From: an uncultured Rikenellaceae bacterium
GTDB taxonomy: Bacteria; Bacteroidota; Bacteroidia; Bacteroidales; VadinHA17
NCBI GenBank assembly: GCA_964522415.1
Contig: CAZFVQ010000001.1
Location: forward strand, 131,569-195,568
Direction: 5' to 3'
Length of the DNA stretch: 64,000 bases
Shown: piece by piece, positions 19,033 to 28,206 of the stretch
Position numbering within the stretch: position 1 is the stretch's first letter
Layout: each line of letters opens with the position of its first letter
The notes under the pieces: generated by a model
Told to the model about the DNA's origin: nothing
Database searches by the model: none
The model's input: only the letters and a program-made list of their open reading frames with translations
Made by a program: the position numbers and the translations under genes

Positions 19033-20079
19033 TTGGAAGAGATAATTGTAAACGCGGGGGGATACAAATCCCGTATATATGTGGGACAACACTGGGAGTC
19101 AGTTGCCGGGATGCTTCCTGAAAAGGGAGTTCTTATCCTTACCGATGACAATGTATTCAGTATTTACGGAAAAAAATTTCCTGATTTTCCGGTATTGAGG
19201 ATCAGACCCGGAGAGGAAAGCAAGCAATTGGAAACTGTTGAATCACTTGCAGCCGGGTTACTGGAAAATAATATTGACCGCTCAGGGTTTTTACTGGGCA
19301 TAGGAGGCGGAGTCGTTTGTGACATAACAGGTTTTCTTGCTTCGGTTTATATGCGGGGCATTTCTTTCGGCTTTGTTTCCACCAGTTTATTGTCGCAGGT
19401 GGATGCAAGCACGGGAGGCAAAAACGGCGTCAACCTGGGAGAGATAAAAAATCTTATAGGTGTTTTCAGGCAGCCGGAATTTGTGGTCTGTGATACTGAA
19501 ATGCTGCGTACACTGCCGGAGGATGAATATTTTTCAGGACTTGCAGAACTTATCAAAACGGGAATTGTCGGGGATGTTTCTATTATTGAGTCACTTGAAA
19601 AGCATCATGAGAAAATCGGAAAGCGGGATCCTGTCCTCCTTTCAGACCTGGTTGGAAGGGCGGTTAAATACAAGGCTTCCGTTGTTACGGCTGATGAAAG
19701 GGAAGCAGGAATGAGACGCGTGCTAAACTTCGGTCACACATTCGGTCATGCAATAGAGTTACACAAGGGGATAAAACATGGTTTTGCCGTTGCGGCGGGC
19801 ATGGAATTTTCCCTTCGCTGGTCGAGGGATCTGGGATATATTGATAATGAGACGTATGACCGGATTAAAAATATTTTCAGCCTGTATAACTACAGCTTCG
19901 GCTGGAACATTCCCCCGGATGACCTGCAGAAACTGATCAGTCATGATAAAAAAAAGGCAGGCAGTGATATTCATTTTGTTTTTATTAAGGGAACAGGAAG
20001 GCCCTTTGTAAGACTATTGCCTGTAAGCGATTTAATTGATTTTTACAGTAGAATAACCAGGGAAAACCAGAAAATATGA
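19033..20079 (+). CDS. aroB: 3-dehydroquinate synthase
   Basis: GGGVVCDITGF and LNFGHTFGHAIE blocks. The listed start is TTG, so the exact start is uncertain. Confidence 0.85.
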   Translation: MEEIIVNAGGYKSRIYVGQHWESVAGMLPEKGVLILTDDNVFSIYGKKFPDFPVLRIRPGEESKQLETVESLAAGLLENNIDRSGFLLGIGGGVVCDITGFLASVYMRGISFGFVSTSLLSQVDASTGGKNGVNLGEIKNLIGVFRQPEFVVCDTEMLRTLPEDEYFSGLAELIKTGIVGDVSIIESLEKHHEKIGKRDPVLLSDLVGRAVKYKASVVTADEREAGMRRVLNFGHTFGHAIELHKGIKHGFAVAAGMEFSLRWSRDLGYIDNETYDRIKNIFSLYNYSFGWNIPPDDLQKLISHDKKKAGSDIHFVFIKGTGRPFVRLLPVSDLIDFYSRITRENQKI

Positions 20080-21080
20080 ATTCATACGGAACCTTATTCA
20101 GAATATCAATATTCGGAGAATCACACGGGAAGGCTATTGGTGTTGTTGTGGACGGATGTCCGCCGGGTATAGTCCTGGATCCTGAAGATTTCCTTCCGGA
20201 TCTCAGAAGGCGCAAAAGCGGTGCTTCGGGTACTACGGAGCGGCATGAGCCCGATGTGCCGGAGATTCTCAGCGGTCTCTGCGGGGGATATACAACCGGA
20301 TCGCCCATGACAATCATAACCAGGAACCAGGATAAGATATCTTCCGATTATGATGACTTTTTAAAAATTCCCCGGCCCGGTCATGCGGATTTTACATCAT
20401 CGGTTAAATATTCCGGTTTTGCTGACCGTAGGGGCAGCGGTCATTTTTCAGGGCGTATCACATGGGGACTGGTGGTTGCCGGAGTCATTGCAAAAAAGAT
20501 TGCCGGAATGGCGGAGTTTTCCGCTAAACTGATTTCTGCAGGCGGATCTGCCGATATTGAAGGAGCCGTAAGAAAGGCAGTAAAGGAAAATGATTCCATC
20601 GGCGGGATAATCGAATGTGTTGTCACTGATCTTCCCGCCGGCCTGGGGGAACCATTTTTTAATTCAATGGAATCGGTGATCAGTCATCTTGTTTTTTCAG
20701 TTCCTGCAGTGAGGGGCATAGAATTCGGTTCGGGTTTTTCTTCTGCTTCCATGAGGGGATCTGAGCATAATGACCCTTTTACTGATGACAGAGGCAAAAC
20801 ATCAACAAATAATGCCGGCGGAATAAATGGAGGTATAACAAACGGCAATAATATAGTTTTCAGGGTGGCAATAAAACCGGCATCCTCAACGGGAGTGGCT
20901 CAGACTACCTGGAATTTCCATTCAAAAAAAATGGATGCCCTGAAAATCAGGGGCCGGCATGATACCTGTATTGCCCTGAGGATACCCGTTGTCATTGAAT
21001 CTGCCGCTGCAATCGCAGTGGCAGACCTTCTGCTGACAGACAGGGGGATACATAATGTTGAAAGAAAGACAAGGTCATAG
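20076..21080 (+). CDS. aroC: Chorismate synthase
   Basis: N-terminal FRISIFGESHGKAIGVVVDGCPPG and RPGHADF blocks; ATGA overlap with aroB. Confidence 0.9.
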   Translation: MNSYGTLFRISIFGESHGKAIGVVVDGCPPGIVLDPEDFLPDLRRRKSGASGTTERHEPDVPEILSGLCGGYTTGSPMTIITRNQDKISSDYDDFLKIPRPGHADFTSSVKYSGFADRRGSGHFSGRITWGLVVAGVIAKKIAGMAEFSAKLISAGGSADIEGAVRKAVKENDSIGGIIECVVTDLPAGLGEPFFNSMESVISHLVFSVPAVRGIEFGSGFSSASMRGSEHNDPFTDDRGKTSTNNAGGINGGITNGNNIVFRVAIKPASSTGVAQTTWNFHSKKMDALKIRGRHDTCIALRIPVVIESAAAIAVADLLLTDRGIHNVERKTRS

Positions 21081-21119
21081 GATCTCCTGCCTGCATCATT
21101 AGAAGATCACACTGTTCAA

Positions 21120-22445
21120 TCAGGGCTTCACTTTAATTTCCAGCACCTTTCTGGTTTTATCCGTAACCTTAAACCTGTCGTCAATCCTTTTGCCCATGAC
21201 CCAGGCAATTTTGCCCCCCGATACAAGTACCAGCGTGTTTTCCTTAGTGATAAGTGATGCTTTTATGTCGGTGAAAAAATCACTAAGTTTTTTTCTGTGC
21301 TGCATTCCGAGAGGAAAGAAATAATCCCCATGTTGCCAGTTTCTTATTGTAAGGGGAAAGGTAATTTTTTCCCTGTCGAGACAGGCAGTGTTTCCGGCGG
21401 CAGGAATCCTGTAGCTGTCTGTAATTGTCAGTTCCCTGACAGAACTGATGACAGGGGATCCGGAAAGCTCTCCGGCAGTATTGTAATTCCAGGATATATT
21501 CTGCCCCGGTGCTATTTCACTTATGATAAGTTCATTTCTGTTTTTTATGATTCTGTGGCTTCCGGTCCTGATTTCGATTCCGGTCTGCCCGGAAATGATA
21601 TTCATCAGATCGTTCAGGACCGGGGAAGTGATTCCGAACGGCCGGAAAAACTCAAACATTACAGCATTGTTGGTGATAAAGGGATTAAGTTTTTCCAGGT
21701 TAACTACCAGAAACGATTTATCTTTTCTTATCAGTTTTTCCCGCAGACTACCGGTAAAGGCAGTGAAAATTTCATTTATATCGCTGAGTCTCTTTGATGT
21801 ATCGTTCAGGGCATTTTCAACCGAAGGGTTTATTTCAGTCAGCAGGGGCAAGACAAGGTGGCGGATCTTGTTTCGTGTGTATCCTGTGTCTGCATTGGAA
21901 CTGTCCTCCCGGTATGCTATGCCGTTGTTTCTGCTGTAATCCTCAATTGATTTCCTGCTTGCGAACAGAAGAGGACGGATTACCCTGTCCCTGGTTTTTC
22001 TGATACCGGACAGGCCGGTGATTCCCGTTCCCCTTGCAAGGTTAATGAGAAATGTTTCAATGTTGTCGTTGAGGTTGTGTGCAACTGCTATCAGGTCAAA
22101 TCCCTCTCTTTCCCTGGTTTTTTCAAACCATGAATATCTCAGATCCCTGGCAGCCATTTGTATGGATATTCCTCTTTCCGTGGCGTAAGTCCTGGTATCG
22201 AATCTGACCGAAAAGAAGCTTATGTTGTGATCCGCCGCGTATTTTGCCACAAATTCTTCATCGGCCTGCGACTCTTCCCCCCTCAGGGTGAAATTGCAAT
22301 GTGCAATTCCTGTCTCTTTCCCTGCCCTGATGAAAAGATCGGTCATTACCATTGAATCGATTCCGCCGCTGACAGCCAGCAAAATTTTTTCATTTCCCTT
22401 TATGAGTCCGTTTTGTTCAATATATTCTCTAAACTCTTTCAGCAT
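21120..22445 (-). CDS. tilS: tRNA(Ile)-lysidine synthetase
   Basis: PP-loop LLAVSGGIDSMV and a length and C-terminal domain typical of TilS. Confidence 0.85.
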   Translation of the reverse strand: MLKEFREYIEQNGLIKGNEKILLAVSGGIDSMVMTDLFIRAGKETGIAHCNFTLRGEESQADEEFVAKYAADHNISFFSVRFDTRTYATERGISIQMAARDLRYSWFEKTREREGFDLIAVAHNLNDNIETFLINLARGTGITGLSGIRKTRDRVIRPLLFASRKSIEDYSRNNGIAYREDSSNADTGYTRNKIRHLVLPLLTEINPSVENALNDTSKRLSDINEIFTAFTGSLREKLIRKDKSFLVVNLEKLNPFITNNAVMFEFFRPFGITSPVLNDLMNIISGQTGIEIRTGSHRIIKNRNELIISEIAPGQNISWNYNTAGELSGSPVISSVRELTITDSYRIPAAGNTACLDREKITFPLTIRNWQHGDYFFPLGMQHRKKLSDFFTDIKASLITKENTLVLVSGGKIAWVMGKRIDDRFKVTDKTRKVLEIKVKP

Positions 22446-22457
22446 TGATGCATGTTT

Positions 22458-24395
22458 TTATCTGTAGGGAAGCAGGTCCGGCCGTCCGGGTTCAAAATTA
22501 TCAGGATTGAGTAATTGTTCCCCGGAAACATTGAAATTGCTGACACTGGAGTGGCGTGGAAGGTTGGGGTAAAAGCTAAATCTGATCTGCAGGGTGTTAA
22601 AGACAAGATTATCATTCCTCAGTCTCACACCAAGACCAATCCTTGAAATGACCTTCCCCTGGTTGAACAATTGATTTGATCCGAAAAGATAGCCAAGATC
22701 ACCGAAGGCAAACCATGCAATCCTGAAGCCGTATGTTTTGGAAGGGCTGAAAAGAACTGATTCAATACTCATTGTAAGCCTTTGTCTTTCAGCTCTGAGT
22801 GAATCATTTCGGAATCCGGATAAACCATTTTCAGTATTAAAAAGAAGATACTCATCCTTGTATCTTCCGAATCCCCTGGTATAGTCAATGTTGTAAAAGT
22901 TCCTCAACCGGTGGGTGCCGGCGTATAAGAGTTTTGTAAAGTAGTTTGCCCTGAACATAAGAATACCCTGTTCAGTTTCATTTTTATTTATGAATGCAGC
23001 CAGACCTGCATTGCCGTGAAAATAACCTCCGCTACTGAGTTTTTTTCCTGCAGAAAGACTGATGCCTGAATAAAACCGTTGTTTGAATTCATTTGATTCC
23101 CAGCCTGCAGTAAAGTTTACCAGCATCCCGTCTGAAAGGTCTTCTGTCCTGCCATAGCCATAAATCAGGTTCGTTTTGTAAAACTGCCGGACTGAAAAGG
23201 ACAGGGATGCAAGGTAAATTTTATATTTCTGAAGGGAATGATATGAATCCGGAAGAATATCCGGATGCCTGAAGACATTGTTATTCAGGTATCTGACACC
23301 AAGAATCAGTCTTGCTGCCTTTTCCGGGTTAAGGAGGAATGACCTGGACAGCCAGTAATCCTGGTGATTGAACTTAAGGGGCTCCGGTTCCGGGAGTGTA
23401 TCAAGGTCTGTTGTCGTGGAAGTCTGGCAGACACATATACCCCCTGCATATTTTGTGGATGAACTGATCAGCTGCCTGTCGGCTGCGAAGCCGTAACTCG
23501 TTTTGCCAAGTGCATTATAATACTGGAGATTAAGATTGATGAAGGATTTTGAAATGTTGTTGATATTGTAATATATACCTATCCCGGGCGATCCTGCGGA
23601 ATCCTGGTCAAATGGAACCTTCAGACTTAATTCATGACCGATTCCAAAAATATTCTTCTCATAAAGTGATGCGCTGCCTTTGGTGGCAGAACTGAATTCT
23701 GCTGAAGCTCCAAGTGAATACACATCCTTTGTAAGTACGAGGATGTCCACAAAGCTGTCTGATTCGGATACGACGATTATTCTTGAATCTTCAATATAGG
23801 GCAGCTGCCTCAGTATTCTCTCGTTATCGCTCAGCAACAGAGGTGAAAGAGTATCACCTTCGCTGAAAAGAAGATTTTTCCTTATTATATGTTCTGCCGT
23901 ATTGGTGTGGGTTTTATTGAGAAAATTTTCAAGCCTGCCGGGATTGCTTACCAATGAATAATCTATCTCAGTACCAAATACATCAAGCTTCTGAATGTCG
24001 ATTTTTCTTATGATTTTACCTGAATAGCGAAGGTAATCGTTTTGACTTGAGCCCCCTGCTGAACCTGAGGAAGCGGGTTTCCCTGAAACAACTACAAAGT
24101 CATAGAGCTTTTTTGTGATCAGGTATTTTGATGCTTTCACCCTCAGGGAGTCAATAAGGGGATTCCTGTCATCCTCCGCAAATGAGGGAGGGATAAGTTT
24201 CTGCGGGATTGTTACCGGCCAGCCGGCATTGGAAAAAAGCCGCGGATCCAGTCTTTTTAAATAATCACCGGAAATGCTTTGAAATATACTGTCAGGTTCA
24301 GAATGTTTTTGTGAATAGAGGCCGCAATGAAACAACAACAGGCATGAAATGATCAGAGATCCTGTAATATGCGTATATTTCAAATCGATTTCCAC
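22458..24395 (-). CDS. BamA/TamA-family outer-membrane protein (POTRA-like region plus beta-barrel)
   Basis: Signal peptide after a GTG start, and a POTRA-like stretch (IRKIDIQKLDVFG ... LLFSEGDTLSPLLLSDNERILRQLPYIEDSRI). The C-terminal half has alternating hydrophobic residues and is rich in aromatic-ended strands. Confidence 0.55.
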   Translation of the reverse strand: MEIDLKYTHITGSLIISCLLLFHCGLYSQKHSEPDSIFQSISGDYLKRLDPRLFSNAGWPVTIPQKLIPPSFAEDDRNPLIDSLRVKASKYLITKKLYDFVVVSGKPASSGSAGGSSQNDYLRYSGKIIRKIDIQKLDVFGTEIDYSLVSNPGRLENFLNKTHTNTAEHIIRKNLLFSEGDTLSPLLLSDNERILRQLPYIEDSRIIVVSESDSFVDILVLTKDVYSLGASAEFSSATKGSASLYEKNIFGIGHELSLKVPFDQDSAGSPGIGIYYNINNISKSFINLNLQYYNALGKTSYGFAADRQLISSSTKYAGGICVCQTSTTTDLDTLPEPEPLKFNHQDYWLSRSFLLNPEKAARLILGVRYLNNNVFRHPDILPDSYHSLQKYKIYLASLSFSVRQFYKTNLIYGYGRTEDLSDGMLVNFTAGWESNEFKQRFYSGISLSAGKKLSSGGYFHGNAGLAAFINKNETEQGILMFRANYFTKLLYAGTHRLRNFYNIDYTRGFGRYKDEYLLFNTENGLSGFRNDSLRAERQRLTMSIESVLFSPSKTYGFRIAWFAFGDLGYLFGSNQLFNQGKVISRIGLGVRLRNDNLVFNTLQIRFSFYPNLPRHSSVSNFNVSGEQLLNPDNFEPGRPDLLPYR

Positions 24396-24396
24396 A

Positions 24397-24807
24397 TCAT
24401 TTTGAATGAGTTTCGGTTATCAGTACGTCATCAGAGTTGAACTGGAATCCCAGGCGTTTGCCGGTAATTACTCCGGAATACTGGATTTTGGCTTCAAGCT
24501 GGCCTGCAGTGGCAATCTTGATTGTATCGTAGGGAGGAACCAGGAGGTCGAATTCCAGGGCTTCATGATTTATAAAGATCCTTGCAATCAGGTATCCAAG
24601 ATTATCAAATCGTGAATTCCTGAATTCCGGCCTTATTCTCGGATCTATACTGCCAAGTCTGCCGTTTACCTCCCTGGCAAAATTCCTTAATATCTCCTTC
24701 ATATTGCAGAAGGCTTCCAGGGTTCTGTCATATACTTTTTGCTTAAGTACCGATTTTTCTTTCAGGTTTGTTACTATTGCCTGTTTTTTTTCACTTAGCT
24801 GGGTCAT
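24397..24807 (-). CDS. Hypothetical cytoplasmic protein, 136 aa
   Basis: Clean ORF with protein-like composition. Its stop lies 1 nt from the GTG start of the downstream barrel gene. I do not recognise a family. Confidence 0.5.
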   Translation of the reverse strand: MTQLSEKKQAIVTNLKEKSVLKQKVYDRTLEAFCNMKEILRNFAREVNGRLGSIDPRIRPEFRNSRFDNLGYLIARIFINHEALEFDLLVPPYDTIKIATAGQLEAKIQYSGVITGKRLGFQFNSDDVLITETHSK

Positions 24808-24905
24808 GATGAAAAATTAATCAGATTAGCACCCTAATTTAATAATTTATGCACAAATCCGGCAATTTCCGGATAAACGGTACTCAGTTTGGTTTCTGCC
24901 CTGAA

Positions 24906-26381
24906 TCAATATGCTCTTGAGAACAAAACCCTTCTTACCGAAGGCTTTCCGCTATATATGCATTTGCCTTCCTCTTCCGGGGAATCAAAGGGGATGCATC
25001 TGATTGTGGCTTTTGTTTCTTCCTTGATCTTTTCCTCTGTGGCCCGGCTTCCGTCCCAGTGAGCCATGATGAAGCCTCCCTTGTTTTCGGTGATATCAAC
25101 AAAATCATCCCATTTGTCGAGATAATAGGTATTGTCATTCCGGAATCCGCTGGCTTTTCTGAAAATATTTTCCTGAATATCATTGAGCAGCTTTTTTATA
25201 TGATCCGTAATCCCGGATGCCGGGAATGTTTCTTTTTCCAGAGTATCCCTCCTGAAAATCTCAAGTGTGTTGTTTTCTATATCCCGCGGACCAATGGCTA
25301 TTCTTACGGGAACACCCTTCAGTTCATAATCCGCAAATTTCCAGCCGGGTTTGTTCGTGTCGCGGTCATCATATTTTACAGATATGCCGTTTTCCTCAAG
25401 GGCGGATTTGATTTTCAGGGCAGCAGAGCTGATATGCTGCAGCTGTTCCTGGTTTTTATATATCGGAATGATCACAACCTGGACGGGAGCCAGAAGTGGG
25501 GGCAGAACCAGGCCGTGATTGTCGGAATGCGCCATTATGAGGGCTCCGATGGTTCTGGTGGACACACCCCATGATGTTGCCCAGACATATTCGAGTTTCC
25601 CGTTCTTGTCAGTGAACTGTACATCAAATGCCTTTGCAAAATTCTGACCCAGGAAATGGCTTGTACCCACCTGCAGACCTTTGCCATCCTGCATCAGGGC
25701 TTCAATTGCCAGGGTGTCGATTGCTCCGGCAAAACGTTCACTTTCTGTTTTATAACCCCTGACAACAGGCAGTGCCATGTAGTTTTCCACGAAATCGGCA
25801 TATACATTTATCATCTTTTCTGTCTCTTCAACAGCCTCCTCCCTTGTGGCATGGGCGGTATGTCCTTCCTGCCACAGAAACTCCGCAGTCCTGAGAAACA
25901 ATCTTGTCCTCATTTCCCATCTGACAACATTTGCCCACTGGTTGATAAGCAGGGGCAGATCCCTGTAGGAACGGATCCAGTTCTTGTAGGAATTCCAGAT
26001 TATCGTCTCCGAAGTCGGACGTATAATTAATTCCTCTTCAAGCTTTGCCGAGGGGTCAATCACTATGCCTCCTCCTGATTCATCATTCTTCAGCCGGTAA
26101 TGGGTAACAATTGCACATTCCTTTGCAAATCCTTCAACATGCTCAGCTTCCCTGCTGAAAAAAGATTTTGGAATAAAAAGAGGGAAATATGCATTCACAT
26201 GTCCGGTTGCCTTAAACATTTTATCAAGCTGAGCCTGTATCTTTTCCCAGATCGCATAGCCGTAAGGTTTGATCACCATACAGCCTCTCACAGCCGAATG
26301 TTCAGCAAGATCTGCCTTGATAACCAGATCATTATACCATTGTGCGTAATTTTCATCCCTGTTGGTTAAATACTTTGCCAT
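24906..26381 (-). CDS. proS: Proline--tRNA ligase (archaeal/eukaryote-like short form)
   Basis: Class II aaRS blocks (FRDEL-type: [26 protein letters not shown]), 491 aa, with an in-frame stop two codons upstream of the ATG. Confidence 0.9.
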   Translation of the reverse strand: MAKYLTNRDENYAQWYNDLVIKADLAEHSAVRGCMVIKPYGYAIWEKIQAQLDKMFKATGHVNAYFPLFIPKSFFSREAEHVEGFAKECAIVTHYRLKNDESGGGIVIDPSAKLEEELIIRPTSETIIWNSYKNWIRSYRDLPLLINQWANVVRWEMRTRLFLRTAEFLWQEGHTAHATREEAVEETEKMINVYADFVENYMALPVVRGYKTESERFAGAIDTLAIEALMQDGKGLQVGTSHFLGQNFAKAFDVQFTDKNGKLEYVWATSWGVSTRTIGALIMAHSDNHGLVLPPLLAPVQVVIIPIYKNQEQLQHISSAALKIKSALEENGISVKYDDRDTNKPGWKFADYELKGVPVRIAIGPRDIENNTLEIFRRDTLEKETFPASGITDHIKKLLNDIQENIFRKASGFRNDNTYYLDKWDDFVDITENKGGFIMAHWDGSRATEEKIKEETKATIRCIPFDSPEEEGKCIYSGKPSVRRVLFSRAY

Positions 26382-26414
26382 CTTTTACTTTACTGTTTTT
26401 TCGTTTCTCCCTGT

Positions 26415-26542
26415 CTGTTTCTTCGTTTCTCTCTGTCTGCCTTTTCCGTTTCTTCGGCCTGCCTCTCCCGGTCTGCAGTCTGTCTCTTTCTGTCTGCCGT
26501 TCTGTTTCTTCGTTTCTCTCTGTCTGCCTTTTCCGTTTCTTC
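26415..26542. repeat. Two perfect 41-nt direct repeats (26415-26455 and 26502-26542) inside a 150-nt tract with almost no A
   Basis: Both copies read ctgtttcttcgtttctctctgtctgccttttccgtttcttc, with an 87-nt period, in the proS/lipoprotein divergent intergenic region. Confidence 0.9.
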
Positions 26543-26645
26543 AGGACTTATAAAAAAATAAGAAACCGTAAAAATAGATAAAAACTTGGGTTCTTGTCAA
26601 AAAATGAAAAGGTTCGGCATGAAATCAAAATCCGGGTTTTTTTTC

Positions 26646-26653
26646 TATATTTG
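26646..26653 (+). promoter_or_regulatory. -7 promoter motif TATATTTG upstream of the Tyr-rich lipoprotein gene
   Basis: Exact TAnnTTTG match 85 nt upstream of the ATG at 26738. Confidence 0.4.
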
Positions 26654-26737
26654 ATCATTCAGAAATGATACTATTGTGAAAAATCAAATTTGGTATAATA
26701 TTTGCTTGAATATTAAAAACTAAATGAGGAATAAAAC

Positions 26738-28102
26738 ATGAAAGTCTTTACAAAAATCGCAGTTGTTGTTCTTTTTGTCCTTGGGTCCTGCACAACAAGG
26801 CTCCATACTGTGGCAGAGTATGATGATCTTTACTATCTTCCTTCTGATCAGCAGTATGCAACCGTAGTGCGTACTCAGGGCAAGAAGAAGGTGGTTGAGA
26901 ACACCCTTAGGTCTGAAGAATACTGGGATAATATTTACGCAGCCGATACTCTCGTGTCCGGTGAATACTATGATGCAATTGACTATGATGATGTCATTGT
27001 CAGTCAGGGGGGTAATGTGAATAATTATTATTATCTTGACGATTATTCGTATGCGGGAAGACTTAACAGGTTTCACGGAAACTATTTCTATCCTTACTGG
27101 AGGGATCCTTTCTACTATGGTATGGGTTATCCCTCACTGAGTTTCTCATTCGGAAGGCCATACTATTACAGTCCGTTCTACTATGATTCCTATTACTACG
27201 ATCCTTTTTACAGTTATAACAGATACTACGGATACTACGGAGGTTATTACGGAAACTATTTTGGCTCATACTACAATCCTTACTACAGCTCATATTACTA
27301 CTCACCATGGTATGGCGGATATGGCTACGGCTACGGCTACAGTGATCACTACAGCTCTGTGAACTACGGGAGGAGGGAGCGTCAGAGCACCTTATCCACA
27401 AATTACAACAGGGAACTTACGCCTGCAGCTACGGCTTCTGCAAGAAGAGAGGGATTAGTTCCGGCAGGAAGTGATGCAACAGCCAGACAGTCAACAGGCA
27501 GCTCCATTCAACAGACTTCAAGAAGATCCGCTGCGACAGTCCAGAACAAGGATGCCGCCGGTACTTCCGCCTCAAGATCATCACAGGGTGAAGTCAGGCA
27601 GAATGCCACATCAGGCGACAGATCACCGGCATCAGTCAGAAGCTCGAATGCGGCAAAGCCGGAGTACAACAGTGTAAACAGGACATATACTCCCAGTTAC
27701 ACTAATCCGAGGACCAGTACCAGGCCTTCGTATAATAACAGCAGGATAATAAACAGCAATACCGGAACACAACGTTCATTATATCCCCAAACCCAGAGAA
27801 GCACGCAAAGGAACACGTCGTCTTCATATTCCTCAGGACAAACAAGATCTGTACCTTCGTCAGGCAACCAGAGCAGCTACACAATGCCTTCAAGGAGAAG
27901 CATTGAAAGCGGATCAGGATACACAGGGACTTCATCCGGCCGTTCCACAGCCAGCAAATATTCATCGGGAAGTTCTTCATCATCTTCCACAGGCAGATCC
28001 TATTCAGGCAGTAGCGGCGGCTTTTCATCAGGCAGTTCCTCTTCATCGGGCAGCTCCTCTTCACGGTCTTCAGGCGCTTCGTCCTCCGGGGGAAGAAGAT
28101 AG
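26738..28102 (+). CDS. Lipoprotein with an extreme Tyr/Gly-rich low-complexity block and a Ser/Thr/Arg-rich tail
   Basis: Lipobox-like N-terminus MKVFTKIAVVVLFVLGSC, then a ~130-residue block dominated by Y, G, P, S and D (YYYSPFYYDSYYYDPFYSYNRYYGYYGGYYGNYFGSYYNPYY), then ~240 residues of S/T/R/Q/N-rich sequence ending SSGGRR. Confidence 0.75.
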   Translation: MKVFTKIAVVVLFVLGSCTTRLHTVAEYDDLYYLPSDQQYATVVRTQGKKKVVENTLRSEEYWDNIYAADTLVSGEYYDAIDYDDVIVSQGGNVNNYYYLDDYSYAGRLNRFHGNYFYPYWRDPFYYGMGYPSLSFSFGRPYYYSPFYYDSYYYDPFYSYNRYYGYYGGYYGNYFGSYYNPYYSSYYYSPWYGGYGYGYGYSDHYSSVNYGRRERQSTLSTNYNRELTPAATASARREGLVPAGSDATARQSTGSSIQQTSRRSAATVQNKDAAGTSASRSSQGEVRQNATSGDRSPASVRSSNAAKPEYNSVNRTYTPSYTNPRTSTRPSYNNSRIINSNTGTQRSLYPQTQRSTQRNTSSSYSSGQTRSVPSSGNQSSYTMPSRRSIESGSGYTGTSSGRSTASKYSSGSSSSSSTGRSYSGSSGGFSSGSSSSSGSSSSRSSGASSSGGRR

Positions 28103-28206
28103 AACTGACAGTTAATTCAGATTGCCTTGTTGTTTCATTTTTGTAATTGATGAACATGCGGGATCTCCGGCATGTCATGTGAATTGTTTAACCAATTAAT
28201 GTACAC

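Noticed and set aside
26415-26542. Two 41-nt identical repeats with a 46-nt spacer, considered as a minimal CRISPR array.
   Set aside because: There are only two copies. The spacer has the same A-poor CT-rich composition as the repeats, the repeat has no palindromic core, and no cas genes occur in the window.
28153-28176. The hairpin ACATGCGGGATCTCCGGCATGT between the Tyr-rich lipoprotein gene and the barrel gene.
   Set aside because: It has a G-G mismatch, a very small loop and no downstream T-run. It is not convincing as a terminator, and the two genes may be co-transcribed.
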